Origin: Cenococcum geophilum
Lineage: Eukaryota
Length of the DNA: 64,000 nucleotides
Direction of reading: 5' to 3'
Assembly: GCA_050273025.1 (NCBI GenBank)
Contig: CP158635.1
Location: 17,670,001 to 17,734,000, forward strand
The notes under the pieces are model-generated. The model made no database searches. It was not told the origin of the DNA and saw only the letters and a list, made by a program, of their open reading frames with translations. This document shows positions 1 to 13,900 of this stretch, piece by piece. The position numbers were made by a program, and so were the translations under genes. The first letter of the stretch is position 1. The number at the start of each line of letters is the position of its first letter.

Positions 1-3000
1 TTATACTCTTCTACTTCTTATCCTAAAGCGCGACTTAGCCCTAGAATAATTCATTTTCTAAATTAACTAAAGGTAAGACGCTTTATAATAACCGAGTATA
101 ATTTATAGAATAAGTGCAATTTGTAAAATAAGTACAACTTAAGGACTAAGAGGAGCTACAGCGGACCTTTTTAAAAGGGTAAGTTTGGTAATCCCTTTAA
201 ATATATCCCTTTTTTTTATATCTAAAATATTCTCTATTTGCGGCTCGTGTTCTTTATTTATTGGTTCCTAAGGGTATATAGGATTAAGTAGCGTTAAGGT
301 CTATAGGGTCGTACATAGGGCTTTTAGGTCTTAGAGACGGATCGCGCTTTAGGGTATATATTAATTATATAAAGTTTTAAACACAAGATGTAGTTAGCTT
401 TAGAGAATGGGTCTACTTATTATATCGGAGGTCTTTATTAATTCGTTAACATATTATAGCAAATTTAGGTAAATCCTTTAGTAATTCTCTACCTACTAAC
501 TATACTCTAATTTTATCCAAAATAGCTTAACGGAGAGCAGTAACTCTAGCGGCTTTATTCTAATCTAGTTTACTAATAAGGCCTAAAAATTCCGAAAAGA
601 AGCTGGTAAAGTCTCGGTTCCGTTATCATAGGTTTTTAAGTTTAGTAATAGCTATATATTCGCGGCTAGCGTTATTATATATTCGTTCTAATAGAGAGAT
701 AAAGATTTTAAAATTAACGAAGGTGCCGTTATAGAAGAATGGGTCTATAGTTTATATAGCGTCTTTACTTAAATAAGATATTCTATAGCTAATCTTACTA
801 GCTTTAGTAGGGTATTAGTTATAGTTTATTAAAAGTTTAAAACGGAGCTTAGTTATAAAGGGACGTAGGTTATTTTAATTTCTATTAAATATTAGAGGGT
901 TAGGGAGCTTTTTAGATTTCGTAGTAAATACTAGGTTTATTATAGGTACGGGTTAAGCTGCCATTACTAGTTTAGGGTTTATATTTAATAAGTCAGGTTT
1001 ATATATAGTTATTTTAATTTTATTTATAGGTGTTACTATTAGGGTCTTTAATATAAGTACTTTAGCGTTATAGAGTTTGTTAGAAACACAGGGCAAATCA
1101 CTAATACTACTTAAGTAGATATAGTGATGGAAAAGGTTGTTATTCTAGATAGGGGAGGGTAAGGAATTTAAGGTTCCTTACTACGCTAGTGCCGCAACAG
1201 CATATAACGGCAAGTTGCCTTACGTAACGGCAATATGCCGTATATAAGGGCAAATTGCCTTATTCCCGACACTAGCAACTCTTTTTTTTATAGTTGCTAT
1301 CTATATATAAATAAACAGTATATAATAATACAACCATAGGCAGACTATAGTAGAATTTAGTAGGTAATACGCCTTATTCTGCTAACCCGGACTTCTACTA
1401 ATTAATTATAATTTTCCATCCCTAGGATAGAAAATCGCTATTAACTCGCTTACTACTAGCGCCTTAGCGGCCCTTACTGCATCTTCTACTCCCTCTTAAC
1501 CTAACCTTTAACTTATATACGTAGAGTATTTATATTAACGAACATCTCTAGTGCCTTATTTAGGTTTGCCTTTATTATTACATCTACCGGGTTATCTTAG
1601 CTATTAATCTATTAAATTTTAAAGAGTTCTTAACGCTCGTAAGATTGCCGTAGTACTATAATATTAATTATAAGGCGCTTCTCCTTTATAGTACTAAGCT
1701 TAACTAAACACTTATAGAGGGAATATAAGTTAGTGTATATAATTATAGGGATAATAGGGAGTTTAAGTTAATTTATAATTATCTTTAAGGTAGTTCTAAT
1801 TACAATTGCTATATTAACTCCGCTAACTATTCTATATATCTCTAACACTAGAACGCTTTAAGTAACGCGTTTACTCTTAGTTAAGCTCTAATAAATAAGA
1901 TTACTATAGATTATAAAGTTACTCTCTTTAGTAGATTTATTTATAATAATAATCTTATATCCTAGCTAGGAGCTAAAATCTTTATTATTTATAAACGATC
2001 TATTAATAAATACAAAAAGCTTAGCGGTAGGAAGGTTAATAGGCATATAGAGTAGTCCTTAATTAAGATGGCTCCTTTGCCAGAAAAGACGCTTATTTAG
2101 GGTAAAGATGTCCTCCTTAGTTAGTTCTTAGTATTAAACGGCAATAGAGAGATTAAAGGAAGCTTTAAGTTAACAGATAGAAGCTATATAAGCTCTATAA
2201 GCGCGTTGCTTTACGTATCCTTACTTTAGAGAATTAATATTAATAATATTAATATTCTTACCTTAACCTTTCTAGCGTAGGGTAATGGAATCCTTATTTA
2301 GGGAAATAATGTATCTATTAAAGAGTAATAGTGTTATTAAATTAAGTCTTTCCTTTAGCTTTGCTATAAGATTTACCTTTACTAGCTTATCTTCTTTAAG
2401 AGCTAAGAATTGGTTATTTCCTAAGATAATTATATTATCCGTTTATATGCCGATAATTCCAAATAGAGTTCCTATAGCTATAATAAGGAAGTAGGGATTA
2501 AATATAGAAGTAGTTATTAAAAGCTTCTCTTTATGGTGCTTACTATAAGTAGCCTACTAATAAGTTCCTGCCTCTGCGATTCTATATAGTAGCTTAAGCA
2601 TAACTATAATCGTATCTTCAGGATATTAGTGGCGAATTTACTCTAGAAGGTATGCTAGTATTAAGCACTAAAGGCGTGTCTCTAATTGGGTATAGGCCTA
2701 GGTAATATCTCGTAAATAAACCGCTATTTTATTCTTTATTAAGGAGGGAGCTAGCGTAACAATAACTTGCTAACTAGCTCGTTAAATTATAGGGGATTAC
2801 GTAAGAATTACTTCCTTACCGTTGTCGTTATAACCTTAAATAACTAGCCTTAACTTCTCGAATGGGGTATTAGTAGCTTTACCTTTAATCTTATTAACTA
2901 TTCTTAACCTAAATATACAAACCCTATTAAACTTAGTAGGGTTATACTTTTTAAACTTAAAGACTCCTCTTATAATAAGACCGTTAATCTTCTACTTATT

Positions 3001-6000
3001 AGATGCTTGGAAAGGAGCTCCTAAAGTTATAATACGGCCTTCCTTTTAGAGCTATTTTGCAAGCTTAAAGTTAGTCTTCTCTTTAGCTATTATAAAGGCC
3101 ATTAATAGCTTAACTCTATTCTTAATGGCGGCAATAAGTTGCTCTTTAAAATTAATAAGGTATTAGCGGTTTTATAATCCTTTTAGGCGACCTCTACCGC
3201 GTTATAGTTGCGGCGTATCTACTACAGTTATATTAGGGTCGTAGTCGCCTTTTAGGGTACGTTAATTGTGGTTCTCCTCTAGGGTATCTTCTAGGGTATC
3301 TTCTAGGGTATCCTATAAAGGCTTAGAACTATTATCTTTATAGTAAGGCTTAATAATAGTTAAATAGAATTAAGTAGGTTTATAGGGCATCTAAAGAGTA
3401 TAAGTCTAACTATTAATTACAATAAGTTTATATAGGCCTAACTATCCTCCCTTTTTACGCCATACGCGTACCTTAGATTGGAGTGGCAGATTAAGCGTAG
3501 TTAAGGTATTTAGGCCATTTCTTATTCCTAGTGCATTATTAACCTAGTATATAGCGTAGAGACGTTATACTTTCTTTGTTGCCTTATAAATCGCCTTAGC
3601 TTATTATATAATAGAGGGAGATAGTAGAGAATTATTAGTTATTTAAGGGTAGGCGCTAAAGACTAGTAACGTAGGTATAAGCCTATCTAGGCCAGCGGTA
3701 TTATTAATAGCCTTAACAGCCATCTATAGGATAAGCTCTTTACTAGCACCCTCTAGTTTTAAAGAAATAATCTTATATACGCGGTATAATGGCGTATAGT
3801 ATTATTCTACCTTTTTAATACTATTATATGCCTTAATAGGGACTTCCTTAACCTTAATTGTTATTACCTTTACCTATTATTAAAACTCCATAGATAAGAA
3901 GTTCTTTCCTATATTATAAACGATTTAATTAGGGGGTCTTAGGTAGATATTAATCTAGTATAATTAAAGAGTATTCTATATATTCCTAGCTAATATATCT
4001 TTTAAAAAGCGTGCGGCTTAGAAGGAGGTTAAGAAGTTAATAACTTAGAGTACTAGCTTACCGCTAAGATATATAATATCCATAATAATATAGAAGTTAA
4101 AGTTATAGTTATCTTTAAGAGTAAACTTAAATTGGCTAAGGGACTTCTAGTTTATTTAGTAGTGATAGCAGTACTTTATAAGATATTTAATCGCCTTAAC
4201 CTTAACTTTATAATCTACTTATTAAAGAACCCTAAGCAGTTAGTAAATGGATAGGTGGCTAAAATAACGATGTAGTTAACGTAGCTCTAACTTAGTTAAG
4301 TAACTCTAAGCAACGCTTCTTTCTAGCTATTAAAGGAGCAACTAAGGGTAACCCTACTTACGTACAACGGGCACCTAATTATTTCCCTAAATAAGCATAT
4401 TCTTAAGGTTATTAAGCTTAACACCTAATTTATCTATATCTTAGATATAGAATAGGAATGGGGTATTTGCGGGAATAACGTATAAAGTAATATATCCTAA
4501 TAGGGTTTAGACCTTAATTATGCCGAAAGAGATCGTAGTACCCTTACTAAAGCGAATTATATATTGGCCTACCGTTAATTAGTTAATCTAAATAGAACTA
4601 TTAAGCTGCTAAAGAGCTCGGACTTAAGGTTCTCCTACTATAGATACTCCTACGGCTCTAGTATCTAGCATAATACTATAAAAGACGTTTGCTAAGTATT
4701 TATTGTTAAAGGAGAACGCGGAACTTTTCTTTAGCTTATTAAAGATATCTAACCTTATAACAGAATAGAGCGTAAATTAGTTATTAAGGACAGTAACGGT
4801 TTATATACTATTTACCTTACTATACTTAGTAAAGTATTAGTTAGGAGAGTAGTCCTCAATTTCTATATCTATAAGGAGCTGTTTAGCCTCGTTAATTTTA
4901 CCCTTAAGATCTTCTTCGCCTTTATATTAAACTAGGAAGCTTTAGAAGTAGGCTATAATAACTTCTTAGTTTCTAACATTTCGTGCGCTCTAGCGAAACT
5001 TATTATATACCTCCTTTTATCTATTAAGGGGGTATCTAGTTAACTAGTAATTTGGCTTCTTACAAATATAGCATTTCTTCTGCTAATTATTATAAAATAA
5101 ACCTCCACAAGGACCTCCATAATTGCTTTATAGTTAACATTAATTATACCCTTTACTATATCCCCTGCCATAACCACCATATATTTAATTAGTCTAGTTA
5201 TAATTATATTAGTCGGCTGGGTTAATTAAAGTAGGTTAGAGTTAGGCGTTAAATTACTATACTTCTTAAGAGCGTAGGGCGGTGCTAATAGAGAATCTTA
5301 ATTAAGTATATACTCCTTTGTAAGTACTTATAGGGTTAAAGAGAGTAAGGTTATATTCTTTAACACCTTAGTATACGCTAATAACTTAATCGCGTAGGCT
5401 AAAGTTCTTTTAATATAATTTAGATAAACCACGCTAAATTATCTAGAGTTAATTAAAGAGCTTTTAAAGATAATTAAGTTGAAAGGCACCTGGGTTTATA
5501 GTAATAATTCTTAAGAAGGTAGTCTCTCTTTACTCCGACATATACTATTGCTTATTCTCCTCTATTTTAAAGTGGCATCTTATTTTATATATTATTCAGT
5601 TAAAATTATATCCTTTTTCTACTAAATAATTATAATAGAAGGTACTAGCTCGGCCCTTAAGTATAACTAAATAAGTAATATAGTATTAATTGGGTTCTAG
5701 TCTAACCTTTTAGTAATAGTCGTAGAAGATACGTAACTTTGAATTAAGGATATTATACAGTTCTTCGCTAAACTTCTTCTCTTATTCTAAATAGAGCTTT
5801 ATAAGCTCTATAAGCATTTTTAAGGTGCCTCTAATTAGTATTTGGCTGCATTATATTATAGGCTATAATAGTAATATAGATCTAGTTAGCGGAGTTTAAA
5901 GGTTATTAAACCGCGAAGTAAGGGGATCTTGCGCTTATTAGGGGTTATTAATTAAGGCTATAGGTTAAGCTAGTTAATATAGGGGAGTTAAAGACAGAGG

Positions 6001-7566
6001 TAGAGGCAATAGATATAGAATATTAGAACTCGTGCCTAGAGTAATAGAGTTAGAATACGTCTCTAGTAGTATATTACTTAGGTTCTATTATAATTTAAGC
6101 TTCTTTATAGTGCGTAGTTGGTGCTTAATCTCTTATAAAGTCTATTTATGCTCTTCCTTTATATTAATAACGTGTTTCTAAATATTATCCCTAATACTAC
6201 CCCCATTTATAGGGACAAATACTTTATACTCCTAAAGGAAGTTACGGAAGTCCTATATAATATCTTTATTTATAGGAACCTATATTTCCTTTATCTATTT
6301 AATAAAGTCCTCCTTTATATAATACTATAGCGCGGTATTATTATATTCGCTATCTTTATAGTATTCTATACGGTATACTAAGAATCTATTTAGGTCCTAT
6401 TGCTTAGCGGTTATAAAGTTAGTTATGGCTCTATCCTATATCTTTAGGTTAATGTCTTTCTTATACTTCTTTGGATAGGTTAACGCCATAGTAGGTAGAA
6501 TTGACGAGGTATTATACGTCAAAGGTAGGCAGGATTTTCGGTTTTATAGGATCTTATAGGTTTGCTGTCCAAAGGTAGGCAATTTGAGATATTATTCGAC
6601 GCGTTTCGGACGTTAACTTAGGACCTTAGGTTTAGTAATACTTCTAACCTAAAGTACTTAACCAAATCTTTATAAACGTAATTATTCTGCGTAATAGACG
6701 TAACTTAGTATCTCCTAGTACTTAGTAACACTTCTATTACTAGTTTTTCGTAAGTCTAAGGTAGCATAGTATTGCCGGGATCTATTCTATATAAGCGTAT
6801 ATAGCACCCCTATATAAGACTGTCTCTTCTATTAATAACCTAGCTGCTCTATAGTTAACTGTGTATTTAACTACTAATTAGTGTTAGAAATATAGGGCAA
6901 ATTACTAATACTACTTAAGTAGATATAGTAATGGAAAAGGTTGTTATTCTAGATAGGGGAGGGTAAGGAATTTAAGGTTCCTTACCACGCTAGTGCCGCG
7001 ACGGCACGTGACGGCAAGTTGCCTCACGTGACGGCAATATGCCGCACGTAAGGGCAAATTGCCTCATTCCCGACAGAGTTCTTTATATATTGCTTTAATT
7101 AATTACTAATACTAAGCTTCTAATATAGTTTGTTGCTAAGCCAAGGCATCTATAAAGGACTATTACATTATAGTCATTTATTCCCTAACTAGGGCCATAA
7201 TAGTTAACGTGGCGGATTTAAGTTCGTTTACTATTTTAAGGGTATTAGTATTAACGTAACATAATATAAGGGCGCAGAGAGACTTTAGGAAGATTTAAAG
7301 GAATAATATAAATTCTATCTAAATCTAAGGGTATATAACTCTCGCTAAGAACAAGACGTTACGTAAAGAAGAGAAAGGAATAATAAGAGAATTATATAAT
7401 TAAATAGTTAGGGGCTTAGTGGTTAATACGTGTGTATATACGCACGCGGTCTTTAACGGACTTCAGTAATTCGATTGATCTAGCAGATTTTGGTTAAAGC
7501 GTCGGAATTTATCTGTTAAGTGTTTTACTAAGACATTCCTACTGTAACTAGGCTAGTCCCGTTACA
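1..7566 (-). mobile_element. Gypsy LTR retrotransposon A, 5' part (5' LTR ~7265-7566, gag), RIP-degraded, interrupted by a Copia and running off the left edge
   Basis: The minus strand de-RIPs to retrotransposon gag (LERTYDDASREHTAVTKLENLRQRNRDFTSFFSEF, ~590-700) and a CCHC knuckle (CFRCKKKGHIQRDC, ~188-230). The LTR-like segment ends in ...CCCGTTACA at 7566. The partner LTR is outside the window. Confidence 0.8.
1078..7075 (-). mobile_element. Copia LTR retrotransposon 1, full length, RIP-degraded
   Basis: 194-bp direct LTRs (TG..CA) at 1078-1271 and 6882-7075; TSD GAGTT at 1073-1077 and 7076-7080. Most of the internal region is the reverse complement of the Copia at 41450-47521. Confidence 0.95.
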
Positions 7567-9571
7567 GTTACCTTATATAGCTTTATCTAGGGTTATTTAA
7601 GGATTACTAGGTAACCTAAGGTGGTAATAAAAAGCCTAATTAGTTTTTCGTGGTTTAGGTATTAGAGGCTTAGGTATACTATATAGGTAATTTAGCCTAA
7701 GATTATACGTTTACTATTAAATCTAAATACATTAATATGCCGGTTAAGGGAGGTTAGGGTAAAACTATTATCTTATATAAAGATCTTATTAATAAATCCT
7801 ATGCTACTAGCTCCTATATTAATTAAGACTTAAGTATTAGCCTATTGACTATTCTGCTAAAGACGGCAGTTAATAGTTATGCTATGGTCCTAAGAGTTAG
7901 AGTTTATAATATCTAAAGTATTTAACGAGATCCTAAGGCAGAGCCGTCCTAGAGAGCGACTTAGCTTTAAGACCTTCCTTTTAGAGGTAATTAGGGCGGA
8001 GTTCTTATAGCGTGTCGATTATAGCTTCGTCCTTATAGGTAGTACTTACTAAATGCTAAACTAGAATTAGATAACAATTGGGGTTAGTAAGTAGGGCTTA
8101 GCGGAGGCGATTGGTTATTTATACTAGTTGTCCTTTTATATAATTAGGACAGTGGTAAACCGCCTATACTAGTTATTTAAAGATTTATTTTAGGCAGGGG
8201 GATAAAGCAGTAACTTAAGATATAAGCGTTGCTTCCGCACTTAAAATAAAGGCCATATTTAATGCGTTATTTATATTTAGTAGATCCTTTTAGGGCGTAA
8301 AAGAGGGTTCTAGCATTAATATTTATAGCGTTTAAGTCCTTACGGGTCTTAGACGGCTAGGGGGCAGAGTATTAAGGTATATATTTTAGGGTAAGGCGTA
8401 ATATATTATTATACAGGCCGTTAATAATATTAGCGTAGGCAGTAAGGGTATCTAGTAGCTTAACTCCTATAAAGGAAGCCTTTAGTTTAGAGTTTAAGGA
8501 CTCTACTAGGCAATTAATTAAGGACGGTTTGTTCTATTTAGTCTTTTTAGCATAGTAGTGAAACTTGGTGGGGTATAATAGGAAGCTCTTAGAGCTATAT
8601 ATCATCTTATTTAGTTTCCTTTATACTATTATAATTTGGTTAGGGTTGCTATAAGATGCTTTTAGTATAGTAACTAGTTCTTCTACAGTGTTTGGCTAAA
8701 ATGGGTATATAGTTTCCGCGGCGTCTCCTGTTAGACGGCTTATAGCATAACATAGTTAACTATTAGGGGTAGGGTAGCAATCAATATTACTATTTAGCTT
8801 GTTCTTGAGTTAGTTAAAAAAGGAGCGTAGTTTACTCCTTTTACCTAAATAGGCTAGAGAATTAGAGAGACGTTTGGTTAGCTTCTTTATAAAGGCACTA
8901 ATTAGCAAATTTAGGGTCGAGGAGCTAGTCTTAGACACGTCTTCTCTATTTAGTACTTATAGGTCAACACTAGTAGGAACGGGTGGGGGCGATAGTATAG
9001 TAGACGGTAGGTTACAGCGGATCTTTTTAATTTCTTTTCTTAGGGATCTAATTGTCTCTTAGTGTTAAGCCTCTTATTAAGTAAGGGTATTTATAAAAGC
9101 CTATTATAGGCCCTTTATTTATTTAGTAAATATATTATATAAGTTAGTTATAGATATAAGGGCTTTTAAGTTATTCTGCATATTAGGCAGGGCGAGGTAG
9201 TATAGGTTTAATATAATATAGTATTACAGAGTAAGTATAAGTAACGATAATATATAGCAGAGTAGATATTATTAAGCTATATACATAAACTATATAATAA
9301 GATTAAGACGTTATATAAGGAAAAAAGGTAGGGAAATAGGAAGAATGGGTATATATTATTAACTTAGTTACTTAGTTAACATATATATAGAGCAAAATAG
9401 GATTTAGGACGTGGTCCTAGTAGAACTTAGTAAAATTTAGTAGAACTTAGTAGAATATGGCAGAATATAGCAGATTGCCATTAGATTGCCATAGGTCGCG
9501 GCAAATTATAGTCTTATAGACGGTGGAAGTAGGTAGGCGTGTATAAGGTGTTACGGGGGTGTCCCATAACA
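7567..9571 (-). mobile_element. Gypsy LTR retrotransposon B, 5' part (LTR 9222-9571, gag, protease), interrupted by element A
   Basis: Reverse-complement homologue of 61919-63915, including the ~350-bp LTR. Sequence stops in the protease region at the outer end of LTR A. Confidence 0.85.
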
Positions 9572-10920
9572 AGAACTAGCCTTATTAGGTGTTTGGGTAG
9601 GTATATAAGGTATCTACTCTTACGTATAACCGGAAAGCTATAGTTGTTTCTTCTCCTTACTATTAGATGCCGCGTCTTTAGCGTTAATATAATTTTAAGA
9701 TAATCTAGGGTTTCTAGTAGGTTAACGATTAGGTATAATATCCTTAGGGAGGTAGTATATAGTAATGTCTTTATAAGCACTAATTGAGGACCTATAAGCT
9801 ATATTAGTAACGTATCCAAATTTAGTTAAGGTAATATATATAATATCTGGTATTCTTATAAGGATGGTAAGGGATATATAGTTAAGAGGTCAAATTTAAA
9901 GGTAAGTTAAATTAATAGCATATAAGAACTAGGAGTATAACGTTTATATTTTATTTCTCTTTTAGGGCAGAGTTAGGACAGAAGGTAAAAGAAAAAGATA
10001 AAGTATACTAGCCGCCCTTTTCTACTTTATATGGTGTCTATGGTATAATATTTAGTGGCTGTAATTACTATATATTGTCTGCACCCAAGACTATAGGCGC
10101 CTAGCGTAATCTATAAGTAAGGCATTATTAGGAGTAGTTATTAGCTAAGTTATTGCTAAATTTAAATAGCTAACGATTCCTAACGGACGCTATATACCTT
10201 AGTAGGGTTTAAAAGCGTTTGTATAAAGTTATAAACTAGAATTAAAAGTTAATAATAACCCCTAATAACGCCTCTTTTAGTAGGAATAGTATTATATAAT
10301 CTACTTCTAATACCTATCCTTCCTGGGGCAAGATACTGCCTAAGCAGTAGACTTATCCTAGCCAGTTAATCTTATATATTAACCCCCTATCTATAGTAAA
10401 GGAGCTATTAGTACCTATAGGGTAGTTTAATTAGCATTCTGGCTAAGCCCTTTATAAGCGCTCCGCCTTATATAGGCGGTAATTAACTCCTATTAATCTA
10501 CCTTACGTTAAAGGAGATCTTTTACTTAAGGCGCTAAGCAGCCGGTACTTAGAGGTCTATAGGCTTGTTCTATATCCCAACAATATTAACCGCGATTTCT
10601 CCTTAAGTGGTATCCCGTAACACTAAGTACCTATAAGCGCAGCGTCCCTAAATTATTAGCTAGTAAGTAGGCGTTTATAGATAGAGAAACCGACTTTAGA
10701 GATAATAACGGCAATATAGAGGCGTTAGCTGGTTAGGAAAGTAACTTTAGTAATAAGGATTAAAAATAGGACGCGGAGATATTATATAATGGAGAAAATG
10801 GTTTTAGTACTAAGGATTGGGAAATAGGGGCAGACGGCAATAAAGAGATGTTAAGTAACGAGGCCATATAGGCAACGGTTAGATATAGTGGCCTTAGCTT
10901 TATAGTCTTAAATCTATAAA
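9572..10920 (+). pseudogene. RIP-degraded coding relic of unknown product (ground layer of the nest)
   Basis: De-RIPs into long plausible reading frames, with a possible GTAAG...CAG intron (~9867-9970) and an acidic C-terminal stretch (~10680-10870). No retroelement motifs recognised. Confidence 0.35.
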
Positions 10921-13900
10921 TATAGGATATAAATATAAAGAAGATTTTTAATAAAAGCTGGTAAAAGGGTTAAAACTTTAGCCTCTTTTTATTTAACCTA
11001 TCGTGAAATAAAACAATATTTTACTATTCCTACTAGAGTCTCTGCCCGCTTAACTTATAGCAAGCTATAAAGTATTTGCGATAATCTATACTTTTACTTA
11101 AATTAATTTATTTACTACCTTAAAAGTAATAATAGAAGGTAAATCTATACTAACAACTTAGGATTTTTTTAAATTTCTTATAGACCTAGGACGTATACTA
11201 CTTTAGCAACTATTAGTCATATTTAAGACTATAGTACTTATAGATTTATATTTTAAGGATATAAATATATTATTTTATATTATTTTCTTTTTATTTAAAT
11301 CATTTCTCTGCTTATAGTATATAGCGGTTATTTATCTATTCCGGTATAGTAGAAAGGGGTAATTAGGTTACGCAAGGGGGCTTAGACTTATAGCTACGCT
11401 TATAGGGCTATTTATATAGGAACTTCTCTAAGTATATATAAGGGGGCTTTAAGTCGTTATAAAGTTTATAGAAGTCCTTATATAGGAACTTCTTTAATAT
11501 TTCTAGATCTGGGACTTATATATATATATATTTTTTCTAGTTCTAGTATTTTCCTAATATTTGCTTCTTACTAATTGTATACTAAGCATAAATAGGTACT
11601 AGGCTAAACTATATAGCCTTTAACTTAGCTTATATAACTAGGGCTATAATATAAACTAACTTTTAAGTCCTTTTATACTGCTAAAGTATCTTTATCTAAA
11701 AATACACATTAGCGTATATAGAGCGTAAAAATCTATCTGTTACGGAACGGGGGTAGTGGCTATAGAGCGTATATATTTAAGGAGTCTATAAGACGTTACG
11801 CGATCGATCGTAAGGGTTAAGGGCGTAAGGAGGTAATATACCTACGCGTGGCTAATATAAGCTGTACGCGAGGTGTATATAAGAGCACGGGGCTCTCCTA
11901 TAGAGGCCCCTATAGTGGGGTTTTATAATACTACCCCCCCTCTTATAAAGGCGGAGCTCTGGTGACGCTATGGTTACTATATATATATAAAAGGGACACT
12001 TAAGATATAGAAAAGAAGAAAGGGGGGTATTATTAAAGGTTTAAAATAACGTTATATAATAAGGCTTGGCATCTAAAAATCCAACTAATTAGATAACTTT
12101 AACTGCCGGTTAAAGTTCCTAGATATCTTAACGATATTCTAGTTATATAATCGCACTTTACCGCAATCTAACGGCAATTTGCCCTTATATAGTAATGTAT
12201 AATAGTTTAACTCTATAAGGGCTCCTATAGAGGATTGGGTATAAAATCTCTACTTAGGCCCGGTTTCTATAGGTTCGCGTAGTAAAAGTCGCTAATTAAA
12301 TCCTTTACATTTTAAAAGTCTTCCTATAGTTACTATTCTGGCTAATCTATATTAAATCCTGTATATATAGCTCTATAGTAAAGCCGTCATCCTCTACCTT
12401 TACTAAAGTATTTAGAGTTAATAATTTGTTTAATAGTCCACTCCTTATAGTTCTTATCTTTGTTCTCATCTTAAATTAGTACTAGTAGGGGTTTAGGCTA
12501 TATCTACTTTAGTAAAGAGTTAGGCTAATAAAGATATAGTAGCTATAGGTAAAATATAGGCTATATCCCACGGGTAGTTAGGGTAAGTAGGAGTTCTAGT
12601 TTATATATAGCTCCCCTATTAATAACTCGTTTAATTAGATAGGGGCTAAGGTTTTTATAATTAAGTAACTTTATAGGCCTCTATATAGAGATATTATGTA
12701 TATTTAGCTATACCTAGTCGCTAACATATATCTCCGGTAGTGGCGTTCTATAGCAGTTAGCGAAGTAGGCCTACTTTACTTAAGCCTAGGCCATTTCTCC
12801 CTTATAGTAGTTAAGTAGATTTTTTATATAGTCTGTATACTAGTTAGCAAGTAGCATTTTAAGGCGTTTTCTATATAGTAGTTTCTTATTAATAGGTTTT
12901 AGTGGCTTTATACTAGATTAGGGGTAATAACCCTTATTTATAAAGAATAGGGTAAGTCCTATAGTGGTTAAGACGTAGTTATTCGCTGCGAATTTACCTA
13001 GTAGGAGGTAATCTATTTAGTTATTTTAACTATAGGCGACTACCTATTATAGGTACGCTTTTATACTAGCATTAGCGTTTTCTAATTACCCAGCAGTTTT
13101 ATAATAAAAGAATATAGATATCTTAACGGAGATACTAAGGCGTTAGCAGATTTGTCTCTATATATTAGAGTTAAATTATATACCTTAGTTGGATGTAATT
13201 AAGTTAGGTAACCTATATAGTTAGTAGACTTTGCGAAGAAAGGCGTTAGTAACATCACTAATAGCTACGCCTTTAGTTAGGACGTAGTGGCGCTTTTTTA
13301 TAAGTTGGCATATTATTATAAGGATGTTCTTATAGGTACGGCCATATCGTTTATATAGTAGTAGGTTAATAACGAAATCTATAGCAATATCTACCTATTA
13401 TTATATAGGTACTAATAGAGGGTGCAGTAATCCTTAATACTTTGTATTAAAGGCCTTAGCGTGCTTATAACCGTAATAGGCGCCTATAAAGCGTTTAACT
13501 AAGTCTATTATTTTTAGCCAGAAGTAGTATCGGCTAAAAAGCTCGTAGGTTCCTTCTTTGCTTAGGTAGCTGCTTAATTAGAGGTTATAAGCTATTTAGA
13601 TTAGTTGCTGTTATAGATTTTCTAAGTTAGGGATAAATAGGCGACCTCTGTAATAAAGCCTATTCTCTTTTACTTCTAAGGCTGCTATATTAATCTAGCC
13701 TAAGCTTTAAAGGTTTGCGGTAATAAGTTAATATAGTAATAGGTTAACAGAGGTGTTATATACCGTAGTAATAAGCTTATTAATTTTAGGAGGTAACTTT
13801 AGTTCTATAGTATAAAGCTAAGGTATAGTTAGCTTTATTATAGGTAGTAAACCTAGGGCCAAATTTTATACTTTTAGGATTATTTATTATTAGAACTAAT

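Noticed and set aside
2285..2494. Similar 69/75-aa ORFs at 2285 (+) and 45866-46093 (-)
   Set aside because: They are antisense to Copia RT in both copies; these are chance open frames in RIPed sequence.
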